Source of the DNA: Hydrurus foetidus
Lineage: Eukaryota
DNA length: 64,000 nucleotides
Direction: 5' to 3'
Assembly: GCA_900617105.1 (NCBI GenBank)
Contig: UYFQ01000010.1
Location: 62,001-126,000 of the forward strand
This document shows positions 35,095 to 47,207 of the stretch, piece after piece (the stretch's first letter is position 1; every line of letters begins with the position of its first letter). The notes beneath the pieces are model-generated. The model did not search any database, had not been told where the DNA came from, and was given only the letters and a program-made list of their open reading frames with translations. The position numbers and the translations under genes were made by a program.

Positions 35095-36066
35095 ATGGGT
35101 AAAAAAGTAGTGGTTTTGGGCACGGGTGGCACGATTTCAGGCCGCTCGGCCCGGGGATCGGACAACGTGGGCTACAAGGCCGGGGAAGTGGGCGTGCAGT
35201 CGCTGCTACAAGACATTGCCCCTCTGCAAGCCGCGTTACAGGGCCGCACGCTGGTGGCCGAGCAGGTGGCGCAACTAGACAGCAAGGACATGAACTTTGC
35301 GGTGTGGGCGGCGCTGGCACAACGCTGCGCCCTGCACCTGCAGGATGCCGAAGTGGAGGCGGTGCTGATCACCCATGGGACCGACACGCTGGAAGAAACC
35401 GCCTTCTTTCTGGAGCGGGTGCTGCCTGCAGCCCTGCTGCAGGCCAAGCCGCTGGTGCTGACCTGCGCCATGCGGCCCGCGTCGGCCCTCAACCCAGATG
35501 GCCCGCAAAACGTGCTCGACGCCGTGGCCGTAGCGTTGGATGGCGCGGCGCGTGGGGTGCTGGTGGTCTGCGCGGGCTCGGTGCATAGCGCCCGTCTGGT
35601 GCAGAAGACTCATACCTACCGTGTGGATGCGTTTGACTCGGGCGATGCCGGGCCGGTGGCCGTGGTGGAAGAGGGGCGGGTGCGCTGGTTCGGCGTGCCA
35701 GCCTCTGTTGCGCCACCCCATGCCGTCGACTTGCAGGTTTTGGCCAGTGCGGTGTGGCCGCGGGTGGAGATCATCATGAATTACGCAGGCGCGTCGGGTG
35801 CCATGGTGCGTAGCCTGGCGAAACCTGACAGTACCGTGCCGCCCTTGCGTGGCCTGGTGGTGGCGGGCACCGGCAATGGCACCTTGCATGTGGACTTGGA
35901 GGCCGCCTTGCTGGAGGTGCAGTTGCAAGGAATTGCGGTGGTGCGGGCTAGTCGCTGTGCGCGTGGCCAGGTGGTGTCGGGGGACGCCACCGTGGCGCTA
36001 CCGCATTCGCAGGGCTTGCCACCGGTCAAGGCCCGCATTGCGTTGATGCTGCAGCTGACGGTGTAA
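35095..36066 (+). CDS. L-asparaginase
   Basis: GTGGTI and [10 protein letters not shown] motifs. Confidence 0.93.
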   Translation: MGKKVVVLGTGGTISGRSARGSDNVGYKAGEVGVQSLLQDIAPLQAALQGRTLVAEQVAQLDSKDMNFAVWAALAQRCALHLQDAEVEAVLITHGTDTLEETAFFLERVLPAALLQAKPLVLTCAMRPASALNPDGPQNVLDAVAVALDGAARGVLVVCAGSVHSARLVQKTHTYRVDAFDSGDAGPVAVVEEGRVRWFGVPASVAPPHAVDLQVLASAVWPRVEIIMNYAGASGAMVRSLAKPDSTVPPLRGLVVAGTGNGTLHVDLEAALLEVQLQGIAVVRASRCARGQVVSGDATVALPHSQGLPPVKARIALMLQLTV

Positions 36067-36090
36067 AAAAAGCCGCTGACGCGGCTTTTT
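36065..36090. terminator. Bidirectional terminator
   Basis: AAAAAAAGCCGC-TGAC-GCGGCTTTTT. Confidence 0.8.
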
Positions 36091-36107
36091 GGGCGGGGCT
36101 GAAGGGC

Positions 36108-37654
<1,547 letters not shown>

Positions 37655-37663
37655 GGCCGGCGC

Positions 37664-37846
37664 TTACAGACCCAGCTCGGCATCACTGAGCACGCGGGCT
37701 TCGTTTTCCAGCAGGATGGGAATGCCATCGCGCACGGGATAGGCCAGGCGCGCACTGCGCGAAATGAGTTCCTGCTTTTCGCGGTCATAGTCCAGCGGCC
37801 CCTTGGTCACGGGGCAAACGAGCAATTCAAGTAGTCTTGTGTCCAT
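37664..37846 (-). CDS. Trm112/YcaR family protein
   Basis: [14 protein letters not shown]...AYPVRDGIP; lpxK-ycaR-kdsB synteny. Confidence 0.92.
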   Translation of the reverse strand: MDTRLLELLVCPVTKGPLDYDREKQELISRSARLAYPVRDGIPILLENEARVLSDAELGL

Positions 37847-38882
37847 GGGGCGATGATAGCGGCGGCGCCAGTGCCTGCAGGCACTGGTCCAGGTGGGTGT
37901 AGAAGTCTGCGGGTAGGGTTTGCAGCAGAGGAACGGCCAGGGCATCCGGCACGCTTTGCCACAGCTTCATGGCATCCTTTTCGGTGCAAATAAGCTGGTA
38001 GCCCCCGTCGATATTGCGCGAGAAGCTATCAAAATCATAGTGATCCGGTAGCGCAAGGGTTTTGGCAATGGGCACACCCACGGCCCGTAGCATGGCGAAA
38101 AAGGCTTCCGGCTGGGCGATGCCCGCCACTGCCATCAGCGGCGCAGCGCCAGGTGCTCTGAGGGTGTGCAGTGGAATGGCCTGGCCCCGGGCGTTCAGCG
38201 CATGGTCGGCCAGCGTGCGCTGGGCTTGCCAGCCTGTTACGGCAGACGGCCCGGTTTTCAGTACCAGCAGGCGAGCATCGTGTTGCCCGACCGCAGTCAA
38301 AGCCCGGCGCGGCCACGTCTGCCGCAGCGGTCCGGCGGGCAGCAGCCAGCCGTTACCCACGCCGCGTGCGTCGAACACGCAGACCTCCAGATCGCGGTGC
38401 AGGGCATAGTGCTGCAAGCCGTCGTCGCAGACGATCAGCTGGGTGTCCGGGTAGCGGGCCAGCAGTGCAGACGCCGCTGCGTGGCGATCACGCCCAACAA
38501 AAACAGGCGCCTGGGTTTTTCTGCGCAGCAACAAGGGTTCGTCGCCCACGCTGTCGGGTGCGGAGTCTGGCAGCACTTCCTGGCAGGTCGCAGTGCTGCG
38601 GCCGTAGCCACGCGACACGATGCCGACCCGCAAGCCTTGTGCTTGCCAATGGGCTACCAAGGCCAGCACGGTAGGGGTTTTACCGGCACCACCGGAGATG
38701 GCATTGCCCACCACGACCACCGGCACCGGTAGGCGCTGGGATTTCTTGATACCCCATTGGTACAGCCTCCACCGCAGGCCGACCAGGCCGCGGTAGAGCA
38801 ACGAGACAGGGAGAAGGGCGCACGCCAAGGCGCCATGGCCGGTCCAAGCCCGCAGCAGGGCTTTTTCCAGGCCTGCGCCCAT
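37827..38882 (-). CDS. lpxK: Tetraacyldisaccharide 4'-kinase
   Basis: VGN-x3-GGAGKTP, SRGYG, GDEP, DDGLQH and TEKD. Confidence 0.96.
   Translation of the reverse strand: MGAGLEKALLRAWTGHGALACALLPVSLLYRGLVGLRWRLYQWGIKKSQRLPVPVVVVGNAISGGAGKTPTVLALVAHWQAQGLRVGIVSRGYGRSTATCQEVLPDSAPDSVGDEPLLLRRKTQAPVFVGRDRHAAASALLARYPDTQLIVCDDGLQHYALHRDLEVCVFDARGVGNGWLLPAGPLRQTWPRRALTAVGQHDARLLVLKTGPSAVTGWQAQRTLADHALNARGQAIPLHTLRAPGAAPLMAVAGIAQPEAFFAMLRAVGVPIAKTLALPDHYDFDSFSRNIDGGYQLICTEKDAMKLWQSVPDALAVPLLQTLPADFYTHLDQCLQALAPPLSSPHGHKTT
37991..38043 (+). repeat. 53-bp repeat, copy 3 (inside lpxK)
   Basis: TAAGCTGGTAGCCCCCGTCGATATTGCGCGAGAAGCTATCAAAATCATAGTGA. Confidence 0.8.
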
Positions 38883-38887
38883 GGGGC

Positions 38888-39316
38888 TTATTTGCCGCCC
38901 GCCTGGGCGGAAGACTGGGTGGCGAAGGTGATCTGGTTCAGACCCGCGCGGCGTGCCGCTTCCATGACGGTGACCACGGCCTGGTGCTTGGCACTGGCAT
39001 CGGCACTGATGATGACCACGGTGTCCTTGCCGGCCTTGGCGTTTTCGGTCAGGGCCATGGCCAGGCTCTCCAGGCTGCGGCCGGCCAGCGGGTTGCGGTT
39101 GACGGTGTACGCACCATCGGCGCTGACCAACACGATCAGCTCCTTGGGGTAGTCGCGCTGGGCTTCGGCGTCGGCCACGGGCAGTTTGAGTTGCAGCTCG
39201 GTGTACTTGCTGTAGGTGGTGGAGAGCATCAAAAAGATGAGCACCACCAGTAGCACGTCAATGAAGGGAATCAGGTTGATCTCCGGCTCTTCGTGGCGGC
39301 GGGGGCGAAAGTTCAT
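38888..39316 (-). CDS. exbD: ExbD/TolR family protein
   Basis: [19 protein letters not shown] motif. Confidence 0.9.
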   Translation of the reverse strand: MNFRPRRHEEPEINLIPFIDVLLVVLIFLMLSTTYSKYTELQLKLPVADAEAQRDYPKELIVLVSADGAYTVNRNPLAGRSLESLAMALTENAKAGKDTVVIISADASAKHQAVVTVMEAARRAGLNQITFATQSSAQAGGK

Positions 39317-39341
39317 GGCAGTTGGCTCTTGAATTCGCGCC

Positions 39342-39968
39342 TTACTTGCGCATGGCTTTCAGGTGCCGCGTCAGGTGTTCGGCGGCCAGTTCCAGCGTCA
39401 GCAGGTAGGCATCGACCCGGCCCCGGAAGTAGCGCCAGAAGATCAGCGAGGGAATGGCAACGATCAGGCCAAACGCAGTGTTGTACAGCGCAATGGAGAT
39501 GCCGTGCGCCAGCTGGGCCGGGTTGCCACCGCTGGCGCCGCCTGGGGCCTGCGAGCCAAAAATTTCGATCATGCCGACCACGGTGCCAAATAGGCCCATG
39601 AGCGGTGCGGCCGACGCGATGGTGGCCAGTGCGTTCAGGTAGTGCTCCAGGCGTTGTGTGACCACGCGGCCTGCGCCTTCCATGGTGGCGCGCAAGTCGT
39701 CGTCGGAGCAGTGAGGGTTGCTGTTCACCGCGCGCAGGCCACTGGCCAGCACCTCGCCCAAGGCCGAGTTCTTTTCCAGCTGGGTCACCACATCGGGGGC
39801 GGGCAGGCTGGTGCGGGTCACGCTCAGCACTTCTTCCAACAACCGTGGGGGCGCTACCTTGGAATCCTTGAGGCTAATGAAACGTTCAATGACGATGGCC
39901 AAGGCCAGGATGGAGCATGCAATCAGCGGCCAAATGGGCCAACCAGCGGCTTGTATGATGGAAAACAA
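39342..39968 (-). CDS. MotA/TolQ/ExbB proton channel protein
   Basis: APLMGLFGTVVGMI and GISIALYNTAFGL; likely TTG start. Confidence 0.9.
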   Translation of the reverse strand: MFSIIQAAGWPIWPLIACSILALAIVIERFISLKDSKVAPPRLLEEVLSVTRTSLPAPDVVTQLEKNSALGEVLASGLRAVNSNPHCSDDDLRATMEGAGRVVTQRLEHYLNALATIASAAPLMGLFGTVVGMIEIFGSQAPGGASGGNPAQLAHGISIALYNTAFGLIVAIPSLIFWRYFRGRVDAYLLTLELAAEHLTRHLKAMRK

Positions 39969-40026
39969 AAGGTGAACTCCACGCAGTTGAAAAGCTGGCC
40001 GATTATGGCGTACCGCTGAGCACCAA

Positions 40027-40225
40027 CCGCCCACAATTCTTGTGGATAACTTTGTGCAAAACCACACCGGTGTGCTGCTGCAAGCCGCGTCAATGCGTGT
40101 TTTTGACACATTGATGACAAATGCAGCAGAGAAATATTCAATGAATTCAATGGCTTACAACGCAGCTCTGTGCTTCCAACGGGGGGTAGTCGTGTTGCGG
40201 ACGCAGTCCCCCTGGGTGTGGAACA
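40027..40225. promoter_or_regulatory. DnaA-box and IHF-site cluster in exbB-xseA intergenic region
   Basis: Perfect TGTGGATAA at 40041-40049, degenerate boxes either side, ATTCAATGGCTTA at 40145-40157. Confidence 0.55.
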
Positions 40226-40255
40226 GTTGGGTAAGTGGTGCCGGGGAGTTGCACC

Positions 40256-41563
40256 GTGCTTGACACCACATCCCAGGCCCCCGGTGCGCCGGGCCGGCGC
40301 GTTTGGCAGGTCGCAGCCCTGTGCCAGGCGCTGGCAGACACGCTGAACGCGCGCTTCAACCCCGTGCGGGTGAGTGGCGAAATTGCCAGCTTCACGCGGG
40401 CCACCAGCGGCCACTGCTATTTCTCGCTGAAAGATCCGAATGCGCAGTTGCGCTGCGCCATGTTCAAGCGCGCCGCCAGCCAGCTGGACTTCCTGCCCCG
40501 TGAGGGTGAACTGGTGGAGGTCACGGGGCGCCTGGATGTATACGGACCGCGGGGTGATTTGCAACTGATCGTGGAGAGCATGAGCCGCCAGGGTCATGGC
40601 AATCTGTTTGAGCAGTTCATGCGGCTCAAGGCGCAGCTGGAAGCCCAAGGGCTGTTCGAGGCCGCCAGAAAACGGCCGTTGCCCGCCATGCCACAGCGTG
40701 TGGGCGTGGTCACTTCGCTGGGGGCCGCTGCTTTGCACGATGTGGTGACGGCCTTGCGCCGCCGGGCCCCTCATTTGCCGGTGCTGCTGGCGCCTGCGGC
40801 GGTGCAAGGGGCCGCGGCGCCCGCGGAGCTGGTGCGCGCGCTGGAGTCTTTGTACGCCTACACAGACGACCACGGGCGGGGTGTGGACGTGATTCTGCTG
40901 GTGCGGGGCGGGGGCTCGATGGAAGACCTGTGGTCTTTCAACGACGAACAACTGGCCCACGCCATTGCGCGCAGCCCGGTGCCCGTGGTGGTGGGGGTCG
41001 GGCATGAGACCGACTTCACCATTGCCGACTTTGTGGCCGACCTGCGCGCGCCCACGCCCACCGCTGCGGCCGAAATGGTGTCCCCGCCCACGCAGGCGCT
41101 GGAAGGACTGCTGGACCATCTGCAGGACCGCATGCAAGACGCGCTGGGGCGTTATGCCGACCGGCAGGCACAGCGTCTGGATGTGGTGACCTCGCGCCTG
41201 GGGCGACCTTCGTCACTTGTGGCGCTGCGCCAGGCCGCACTGGTTTCGGCCCAGCAGCGCATGCGCCAGGCCCTGCGCAGTGACCTGCAATGGAAGCAGT
41301 CGCAGTGGGCGCAACAGCAGCAGCAGTGGCAACCCACGGCACAGCGTGCGCTGCGGGCACTGCAGGAGCGCACGGCCCGTGCCGATTTGCGCCTGGGTTT
41401 GCTGGATCCCACGCTGGTTTTGCGCCGCGGTTACGCCTGGTTGCAAGATGCCCAGGGCAATGCGGTAACTTCGGTGGCGCAGGCGCAGGCAGGTGATGCG
41501 CTGCGCGCTTCCCTCGTCGACGGTACGGTTGATCTCCGTGTTGTCGATTCTTCGCCCAATTAG
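40256..41563 (+). CDS. xseA: Exodeoxyribonuclease VII large subunit
   Basis: SGHCYFSLKD, RGGGSMEDLWSFN, GHETD and APTPTAAAE. Confidence 0.96.
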   Translation: MLDTTSQAPGAPGRRVWQVAALCQALADTLNARFNPVRVSGEIASFTRATSGHCYFSLKDPNAQLRCAMFKRAASQLDFLPREGELVEVTGRLDVYGPRGDLQLIVESMSRQGHGNLFEQFMRLKAQLEAQGLFEAARKRPLPAMPQRVGVVTSLGAAALHDVVTALRRRAPHLPVLLAPAAVQGAAAPAELVRALESLYAYTDDHGRGVDVILLVRGGGSMEDLWSFNDEQLAHAIARSPVPVVVGVGHETDFTIADFVADLRAPTPTAAAEMVSPPTQALEGLLDHLQDRMQDALGRYADRQAQRLDVVTSRLGRPSSLVALRQAALVSAQQRMRQALRSDLQWKQSQWAQQQQQWQPTAQRALRALQERTARADLRLGLLDPTLVLRRGYAWLQDAQGNAVTSVAQAQAGDALRASLVDGTVDLRVVDSSPN

Positions 41564-41607
41564 TTTCTACAATTCAGTTTTACCCGCCAACCAACCAAGA
41601 GGATTTC

Positions 41608-42189
41608 ATGGAACATACCTTGCCCGCCTTGCCCTACGCGATTGACGCGCTGGCTCCCGCCTACTCCCAAGAGACATTGGAGTTTCACCATGGCAAGCAC
41701 CACAACGCGTATGTGGTCAACCTCAACAACCTGCAAAAGGGAACCGAGTTTGAAAGCATGTCCCTGGAAGAAATCATCAAGAAGTCCAGCGGCGGCATCT
41801 ACAACAACTCCGCCCAGATCTGGAACCACACTTTCTTCTGGAGCTGCATGAAGCCCGCTGGCGGTGGTGAGCCCACTGGCGCTTTGGCGACTGCCATCAA
41901 CGCCAAATGGGGCAGTTACGCCGCGTTCAAGGAAGCCTTCGTGAAGTCCGCTGTGGGCAACTTTGGCTCCGGCTGGACCTGGCTGGTGAAGAAGCCCGAT
42001 GGCTCCGTGGACATCGTCAATACTGGCGCCGCTGGTACTCCCATGACGACGGCCGACAAAGCGCTGCTGACCGTGGACGTGTGGGAACATGCCTACTACA
42101 TTGACTACCGCAATATGCGTCCCAAGTTCGTGGAAACCTTCCTGGACAAACTGGTGAACTGGGGCTTTGCCGAGGCCAACTTCTCCTGA
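41608..42189 (+). CDS. sodB: Fe superoxide dismutase
   Basis: HHGKHH, AQIWNH, FGSGW and DVWEHAYY. Confidence 0.96.
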   Translation: MEHTLPALPYAIDALAPAYSQETLEFHHGKHHNAYVVNLNNLQKGTEFESMSLEEIIKKSSGGIYNNSAQIWNHTFFWSCMKPAGGGEPTGALATAINAKWGSYAAFKEAFVKSAVGNFGSGWTWLVKKPDGSVDIVNTGAAGTPMTTADKALLTVDVWEHAYYIDYRNMRPKFVETFLDKLVNWGFAEANFS

Positions 42190-42433
42190 GGCTGGTTCTC
42201 TCCCGCAAATGGGCTTGAGGGGTAACCTTCAGGCCTTTTTTGTTGGGCGACTGGTGGCCTGTGTATAAAAAAATTTCCCCCATTGGTTTTAAATTTCATT
42301 TGGTGAAATTTAATTGCAAAAAAGCGGCTTGAGGTCAGACCGCTGAAAGCACAATCACGCACTATCAGACGACGACAGCCTGCGGCCCCAGCGGGCAGGC
42401 GGCATTTGCCCTATCAATTTTTGGAGACAAAAG

Positions 42434-44233
42434 ATGAGTACCCAGCAACCCACCATCATCTACACGCTGACCGACGAGGCCCCGCGCCTGGCCACGGCTT
42501 CTTTCCTGCCCATCGTTCGCGCCTTCGCCGCGCCCGCAGGTGTCCATTTTGCGGAAGCCGACATCTCGGTGGCCGCACGTGTGCTGGGTGAGTTTCCTGA
42601 AAGCCTGACGGAAAGCCAAAAGCTGCCCAACACCCTGGCCGAGCTGGGCAAGAAAACACTGCAGGCCGATGCCAACATCATCAAGCTGCCCAACATCAGC
42701 GCCTCCGTAGGCCAGTTGCAGGCCTGCATCAAGGAGCTGCAGGGCAAGGGCTACGCGGTGCCGGACTATCCTGAGGCGCCCAAGACCGAAGAAGAAAAAT
42801 CCATTTTGGCGAAGTATTCCAAGGCTTTGGGCAGCGCCGTCAACCCTGTGCTGCGCGAAGGCAACTCGGACCGCCGCGCACCGGCTGCCGTCAAACGCAA
42901 TGCCCGCAAAAAGCCACACTCGATGAGCAAATGGAGCCCCGCTTCACGCACCCACGTCTCGCACATGCATGGTGGTGATTTCTACGCCAGTGAAAAATGC
43001 CTGACGCTGGACAAGGCCCGTGATGTCAAGATGGATTTGGTCACCAAGGCGGGTGAGACGATTTTGCTGAAAAAGAAAGTCGCGTTGCTGGAATCCGAAA
43101 TCATCGACAGCATGTTCATGAGCAAGAAAGCGCTGTGCAAGTTCTACGAAGACGAGATGGAAGACGCACGCCAAACCCGCGTGATGTTCTCGCTGCACGT
43201 CAAAGCCACGATGATGAAGGTGTCGCACCCCATCGTCTTCGGCCACGCGGTGAAGGTGTTTTACAAAGACGCTTTTGAAAAACATGCCAAGCTTTTTGAT
43301 GAGCTGGGTGTGAACGTCAACAACGGTTTGTCCAGCGTGTACGAAAAAATCGCCACCCTGCCCAGCTCGAAGCGCGAAGAGATCGTCAACGACCTGCACG
43401 CCTGCCACGAGCACCGCCCTGAGCTCGCGATGGTGGACTCAGCCAAAGGCATCACCAACTTGCACGCACCGAACGACGTGATTGTCGATGCGTCCATGCC
43501 CGCCATGATCCGCCAAGGCGGCAAGATGTGGGGCCCCGATGGCCGTCCGAAAGACACCAAGGCCGTGATGCCTGAGAGTACGTTCGCCCGCATCTACCAA
43601 GAGATGATTAATTTCTGCAAGACCAACGGTGCCTTCAACCCGGCCACGATGGGCACCGTGCCCAACGTGGGCCTGATGGCGCAAAAAGCAGAGGAGTACG
43701 GTTCGCACGACAAAACCTTTGAGGTGCCTCAAGACGGCGTGGCCCGCATTGTGGACATTACTACCGGCGAAGTGCTGCTGACGCAAAACGTGGAAGCAGG
43801 CGACATTTGGCGCATGTGCCAGGTCAAAGACGCCCCCATCCGCGATTGGGTGAAGCTGGCGGTGAACCGCGCTCGCTTGTCCGGTATGCCTGCGATTTTC
43901 TGGCTCGACGAGTACCGCCCGCACGAAGCCGAACTCATCAAAAAGGTCAACACCTATTTGGCCGAGTACGACCTGACCGGACTGGACATCCAGATCATGA
44001 GCCAGGTGCGTGCCATGCGCTACACGCTGGAGCGCGTCATTCGCGGCCAGGACACGATCAGTGCCACCGGCAACATCCTGCGTGATTACCTGACCGACCT
44101 GTTCCCGATCATGGAGCTGGGCACCAGCGCCAAGATGCTGTCCATCGTGCCCTTGATGGCTGGTGGCGGCATGTACGAAACCGGGGCTGGCGGCTCCGCA
44201 CCCAAGCATGTGCAGCAACTCGTGGAAGAAAAC

Positions 44234-44274
<41 letters not shown>

Positions 44275-44671
44275 GGTGTCGCTGGAAGACTTGGGGCTCA
44301 AGACGGGCAATGCCAAGGCCAAGCTGCTGGCGAATACGCTGGACGCTGCGACGGGCAAATTGTTGGATAACAACAAGAACCCCTCACCCAAGACCGGCCA
44401 GCTCGACAACCGCGGTAGCCAGTTTTACCTGGCACTGTACTGGGCTCAGGAGCTGGCAGCGCAAACTGACGATGCCGTATTGGCCAAACAATTTGCGTCA
44501 CTGGCCAAGCAATTGGCGGACAACGAGCAAACCATCGTGGCCGAGCTGGCCGCTGTGCAAGGCAAGCCCGCTGACATTGGTGGTTACTACCTGCCGGACG
44601 TTGCCAAGCTGGATGCCATCATGCGCCCCAGCGCGACGCTAAATAAGGCACTTGCTTCTATGGCGGTTTAA
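42434..44671 (+). CDS. idh: Monomeric NADP-dependent isocitrate dehydrogenase
   Basis: [20 protein letters not shown] and [11 protein letters not shown]; 745 aa. Confidence 0.96.
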
Positions 44672-44745
44672 GGGAACTCAACAGGCCCTGTGCCTGCGCC
44701 CCAATCCTCGAAGGTGATCCAGGCAGCAGTCTGGATCACCTTTGT

Positions 44746-45192
44746 TTATTTGAAGGGCACGCCGGCCAATTTGCTTCCGGCCTTGATACCGCGCTTGGTG
44801 AACCAGCCCTGGTTCATTTCCAATACGTAGCGCACAGGTTTCATGGCGCAATGGGAGTCCGTGGTTTGGGGCTTCATGTCCGCCAGATTGACGATGGTGC
44901 CATCGTCAGCCACGAAAGCGGCTGTTAGTGGTAACACGGTGTTCTTCATCCAGAAGCACAGGCCGGAGGGCTGCTCGAAGACAAACAGCATGCCTTCTTG
45001 TTGCGGCATCTCGCGACGAAACATCAGGCCGGTGGTGCGTTGCTCAGGCGCTTGCGCTACCTGCGCGTCAATTTGGTAGATGCCGGCGGTGATCTGGATT
45101 CGCGGCAAATTCAGCTGGGGCGCATCCTGTGCCAGGGCAGGACCTGCCAGTACCAGAACGAGCGGAATGAAGTAGTTGACTAAGGGTTTCAT
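44746..45192 (-). CDS. DUF192 family exported protein
   Basis: Signal peptide; GLMFR, GMLFVF, FWMKNT and YVLE. Confidence 0.88.
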   Translation of the reverse strand: MKPLVNYFIPLVLVLAGPALAQDAPQLNLPRIQITAGIYQIDAQVAQAPEQRTTGLMFRREMPQQEGMLFVFEQPSGLCFWMKNTVLPLTAAFVADDGTIVNLADMKPQTTDSHCAMKPVRYVLEMNQGWFTKRGIKAGSKLAGVPFK

Positions 45193-45352
45193 GCGTTGTG
45201 TGGTGGCGGGTATGGGGTATCCAATATCGGTGGGATTGTCTGTCATCCATGTAAAGGACAGGTTTGAATTTACAACTAAAATTGTTTGGCTAACGCCCAG
45301 GCGCCTCGCCTGCAGTTCATTGCCATCGCACCGAATACGGAGTTCTGTTTCT

Positions 45353-46606
45353 ATGTACCAGCACATCAAAGTGCCCGCTGAAGGCCAAAAAATCACTGTC
45401 AATGCCGACATGACACTGAATGTGCCAGACCAGCCCATCATTCCGTTCATTGAAGGCGACGGCACCGGCGTGGATATCACCCCGGTGATGCTCAAAGTGG
45501 TGGACGCTGCGGTGGCCAAGGCCTACGGTGGCACGCGCAAGATCCAGTGGATGGAAGTCTATGCGGGCGAAAAATCCACCAAAATCTATGGCCCCGACGT
45601 GTGGTTGCCCCAAGAAACACTGGATGTTGTGCGCGAGTATGTCGTGTCCATCAAGGGCCCGTTGACCACGCCGGTGGGTGGCGGTATCCGTTCGCTGAAT
45701 GTGGCCTTGCGCCAGGAGCTGGACCTGTACGTTTGCCTGCGCCCCATCCAGTACTTCAAGGGCGTCCCCAGCCCGTTGAAGGAGCCCGAGAAGACCAATA
45801 TGGTCATCTTCCGTGAAAATTCTGAAGACATTTACGCCGGTATTGAGTTCGAAGCTGAATCCGACAAGGCCAAGAAGCTGATCAAGTTTCTGCAAGATGA
45901 ATTCGGTGTCAAGAAAATCCGCTTCCCGAATACGTCGGGCATCGGCATCAAGCCCGTTTCGCGCGAAGGAACGGAGCGCCTGATGCGCCAGGCGTTCCAG
46001 TACGCTATCGACAATGACAAGCCCAATGTGACGATCGTCCACAAAGGCAACATCATGAAGTTCACCGAAGGCGCCTTCCGCGACTGGGCTTATGCGCTGG
46101 CGCAAAACGAGTTTGGCGCAGAACTGATTGATGGCGGCCCCTGGTGCAAATTCAAGAGCCCCAAGACGGGCAGAGAAATCACGGTCAAGGACAGCATTGC
46201 GGATGCCTTCCTGCAGCAAATTCTGTTGCGTCCCGCAGAGTACAGCGTCGTCGCTACCTTAAACCTGAATGGTGACTACATCTCCGACGCGCTGGCAGCC
46301 CAGGTCGGCGGAATCGGTATCGCGCCAGGTGCCAATCTGTCAGATACCGTAGCGATGTTTGAGGCCACGCACGGTACAGCGCCCAAATACGCAGGCAAAG
46401 ACTATGTGAATCCGGGTTCCGAGATCCTGTCCGCTGAAATGATGTTGCGCCACATGGGTTGGAAGGAAGCGGCAAATTTGATAATCAGTTCGATCGAAAA
46501 GTCAATTGCCAGCAAGAAAGTGACCTACGACTTCGCCCGCTTGATGGACGGCGCCAACCAGGTCAGCTGCTCCGGCTTTGGTCAGGTGATGATCGACAAC
46601 ATGTGA
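45353..46606 (+). CDS. icd: Dimeric NADP-dependent isocitrate dehydrogenase
   Basis: [26 protein letters not shown] and [10 protein letters not shown]. Confidence 0.97.
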   Translation: MYQHIKVPAEGQKITVNADMTLNVPDQPIIPFIEGDGTGVDITPVMLKVVDAAVAKAYGGTRKIQWMEVYAGEKSTKIYGPDVWLPQETLDVVREYVVSIKGPLTTPVGGGIRSLNVALRQELDLYVCLRPIQYFKGVPSPLKEPEKTNMVIFRENSEDIYAGIEFEAESDKAKKLIKFLQDEFGVKKIRFPNTSGIGIKPVSREGTERLMRQAFQYAIDNDKPNVTIVHKGNIMKFTEGAFRDWAYALAQNEFGAELIDGGPWCKFKSPKTGREITVKDSIADAFLQQILLRPAEYSVVATLNLNGDYISDALAAQVGGIGIAPGANLSDTVAMFEATHGTAPKYAGKDYVNPGSEILSAEMMLRHMGWKEAANLIISSIEKSIASKKVTYDFARLMDGANQVSCSGFGQVMIDNM

Positions 46607-46650
46607 CAGCACCCCGCTCTGCCCTTGGGTAGACGGGACTAAATCCGAGA

Positions 46651-46687
46651 AACCGCTGCGATGCCATGGCACCGCAGCGGTTTTTTT
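46651..46687 (+). terminator. Intrinsic terminator after icd
   Basis: AAACCGCTGCG...CGCAGCGGTTTTTTT. Confidence 0.8.
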
Positions 46688-46770
46688 CTTCTATTGCTTG
46701 AATTCGGTGCAACCGCCTCCAAGTCCTGTTCAGTGAGCAAGGCAGTCTGGTGCTCGATAGAATCTTTTGC

Positions 46771-47127
46771 ATGGCTACCAACAACCCTTCCAAACCGGTT
46801 ACTTCACCCCCATCCATCGGAGACGGCGCAGGCTCCGTGGTTTTGGAGCGGTTGACGCAACGCACGCAGCCGCCTTCGATGTACCAGGTGGTCATGCTGA
46901 ATGATGACTACACCCCCATGGAGTTTGTGGTGGTGGTGCTTCAGGAATTTTTTAGTAAGGATTTGGAGGCCGCAACGCAGATCATGTTAAAGATCCACCT
47001 GGATGGGCGTGGTGTTTGCGGGGTGTATTCCAAAGACGTCGCTGCTACCAAGGTCGATCAGGTGCTGGAAGCGGCGCACAAAGCCGGGCATCCACTCCAA
47101 TGTGTGTGCGAGCCGGTAGATTTGTAG
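46771..47127 (+). CDS. clpS: Clp protease adaptor ClpS
   Basis: [11 protein letters not shown] and HPLQC. Confidence 0.96.
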   Translation: MATNNPSKPVTSPPSIGDGAGSVVLERLTQRTQPPSMYQVVMLNDDYTPMEFVVVVLQEFFSKDLEAATQIMLKIHLDGRGVCGVYSKDVAATKVDQVLEAAHKAGHPLQCVCEPVDL

Positions 47128-47207
47128 GGTAATCGGCTTTTAAGACCAAACGTCCGCCTAAAACGGATTACAGTTATTCAACACAGCAAGGCAAAAAAGG
47201 AATTCAC

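Noticed and set aside
41311..41328. CAG tract in xseA as a phase-variable repeat
   Set aside because: Short, in-frame poly-Gln within a coiled-coil region.
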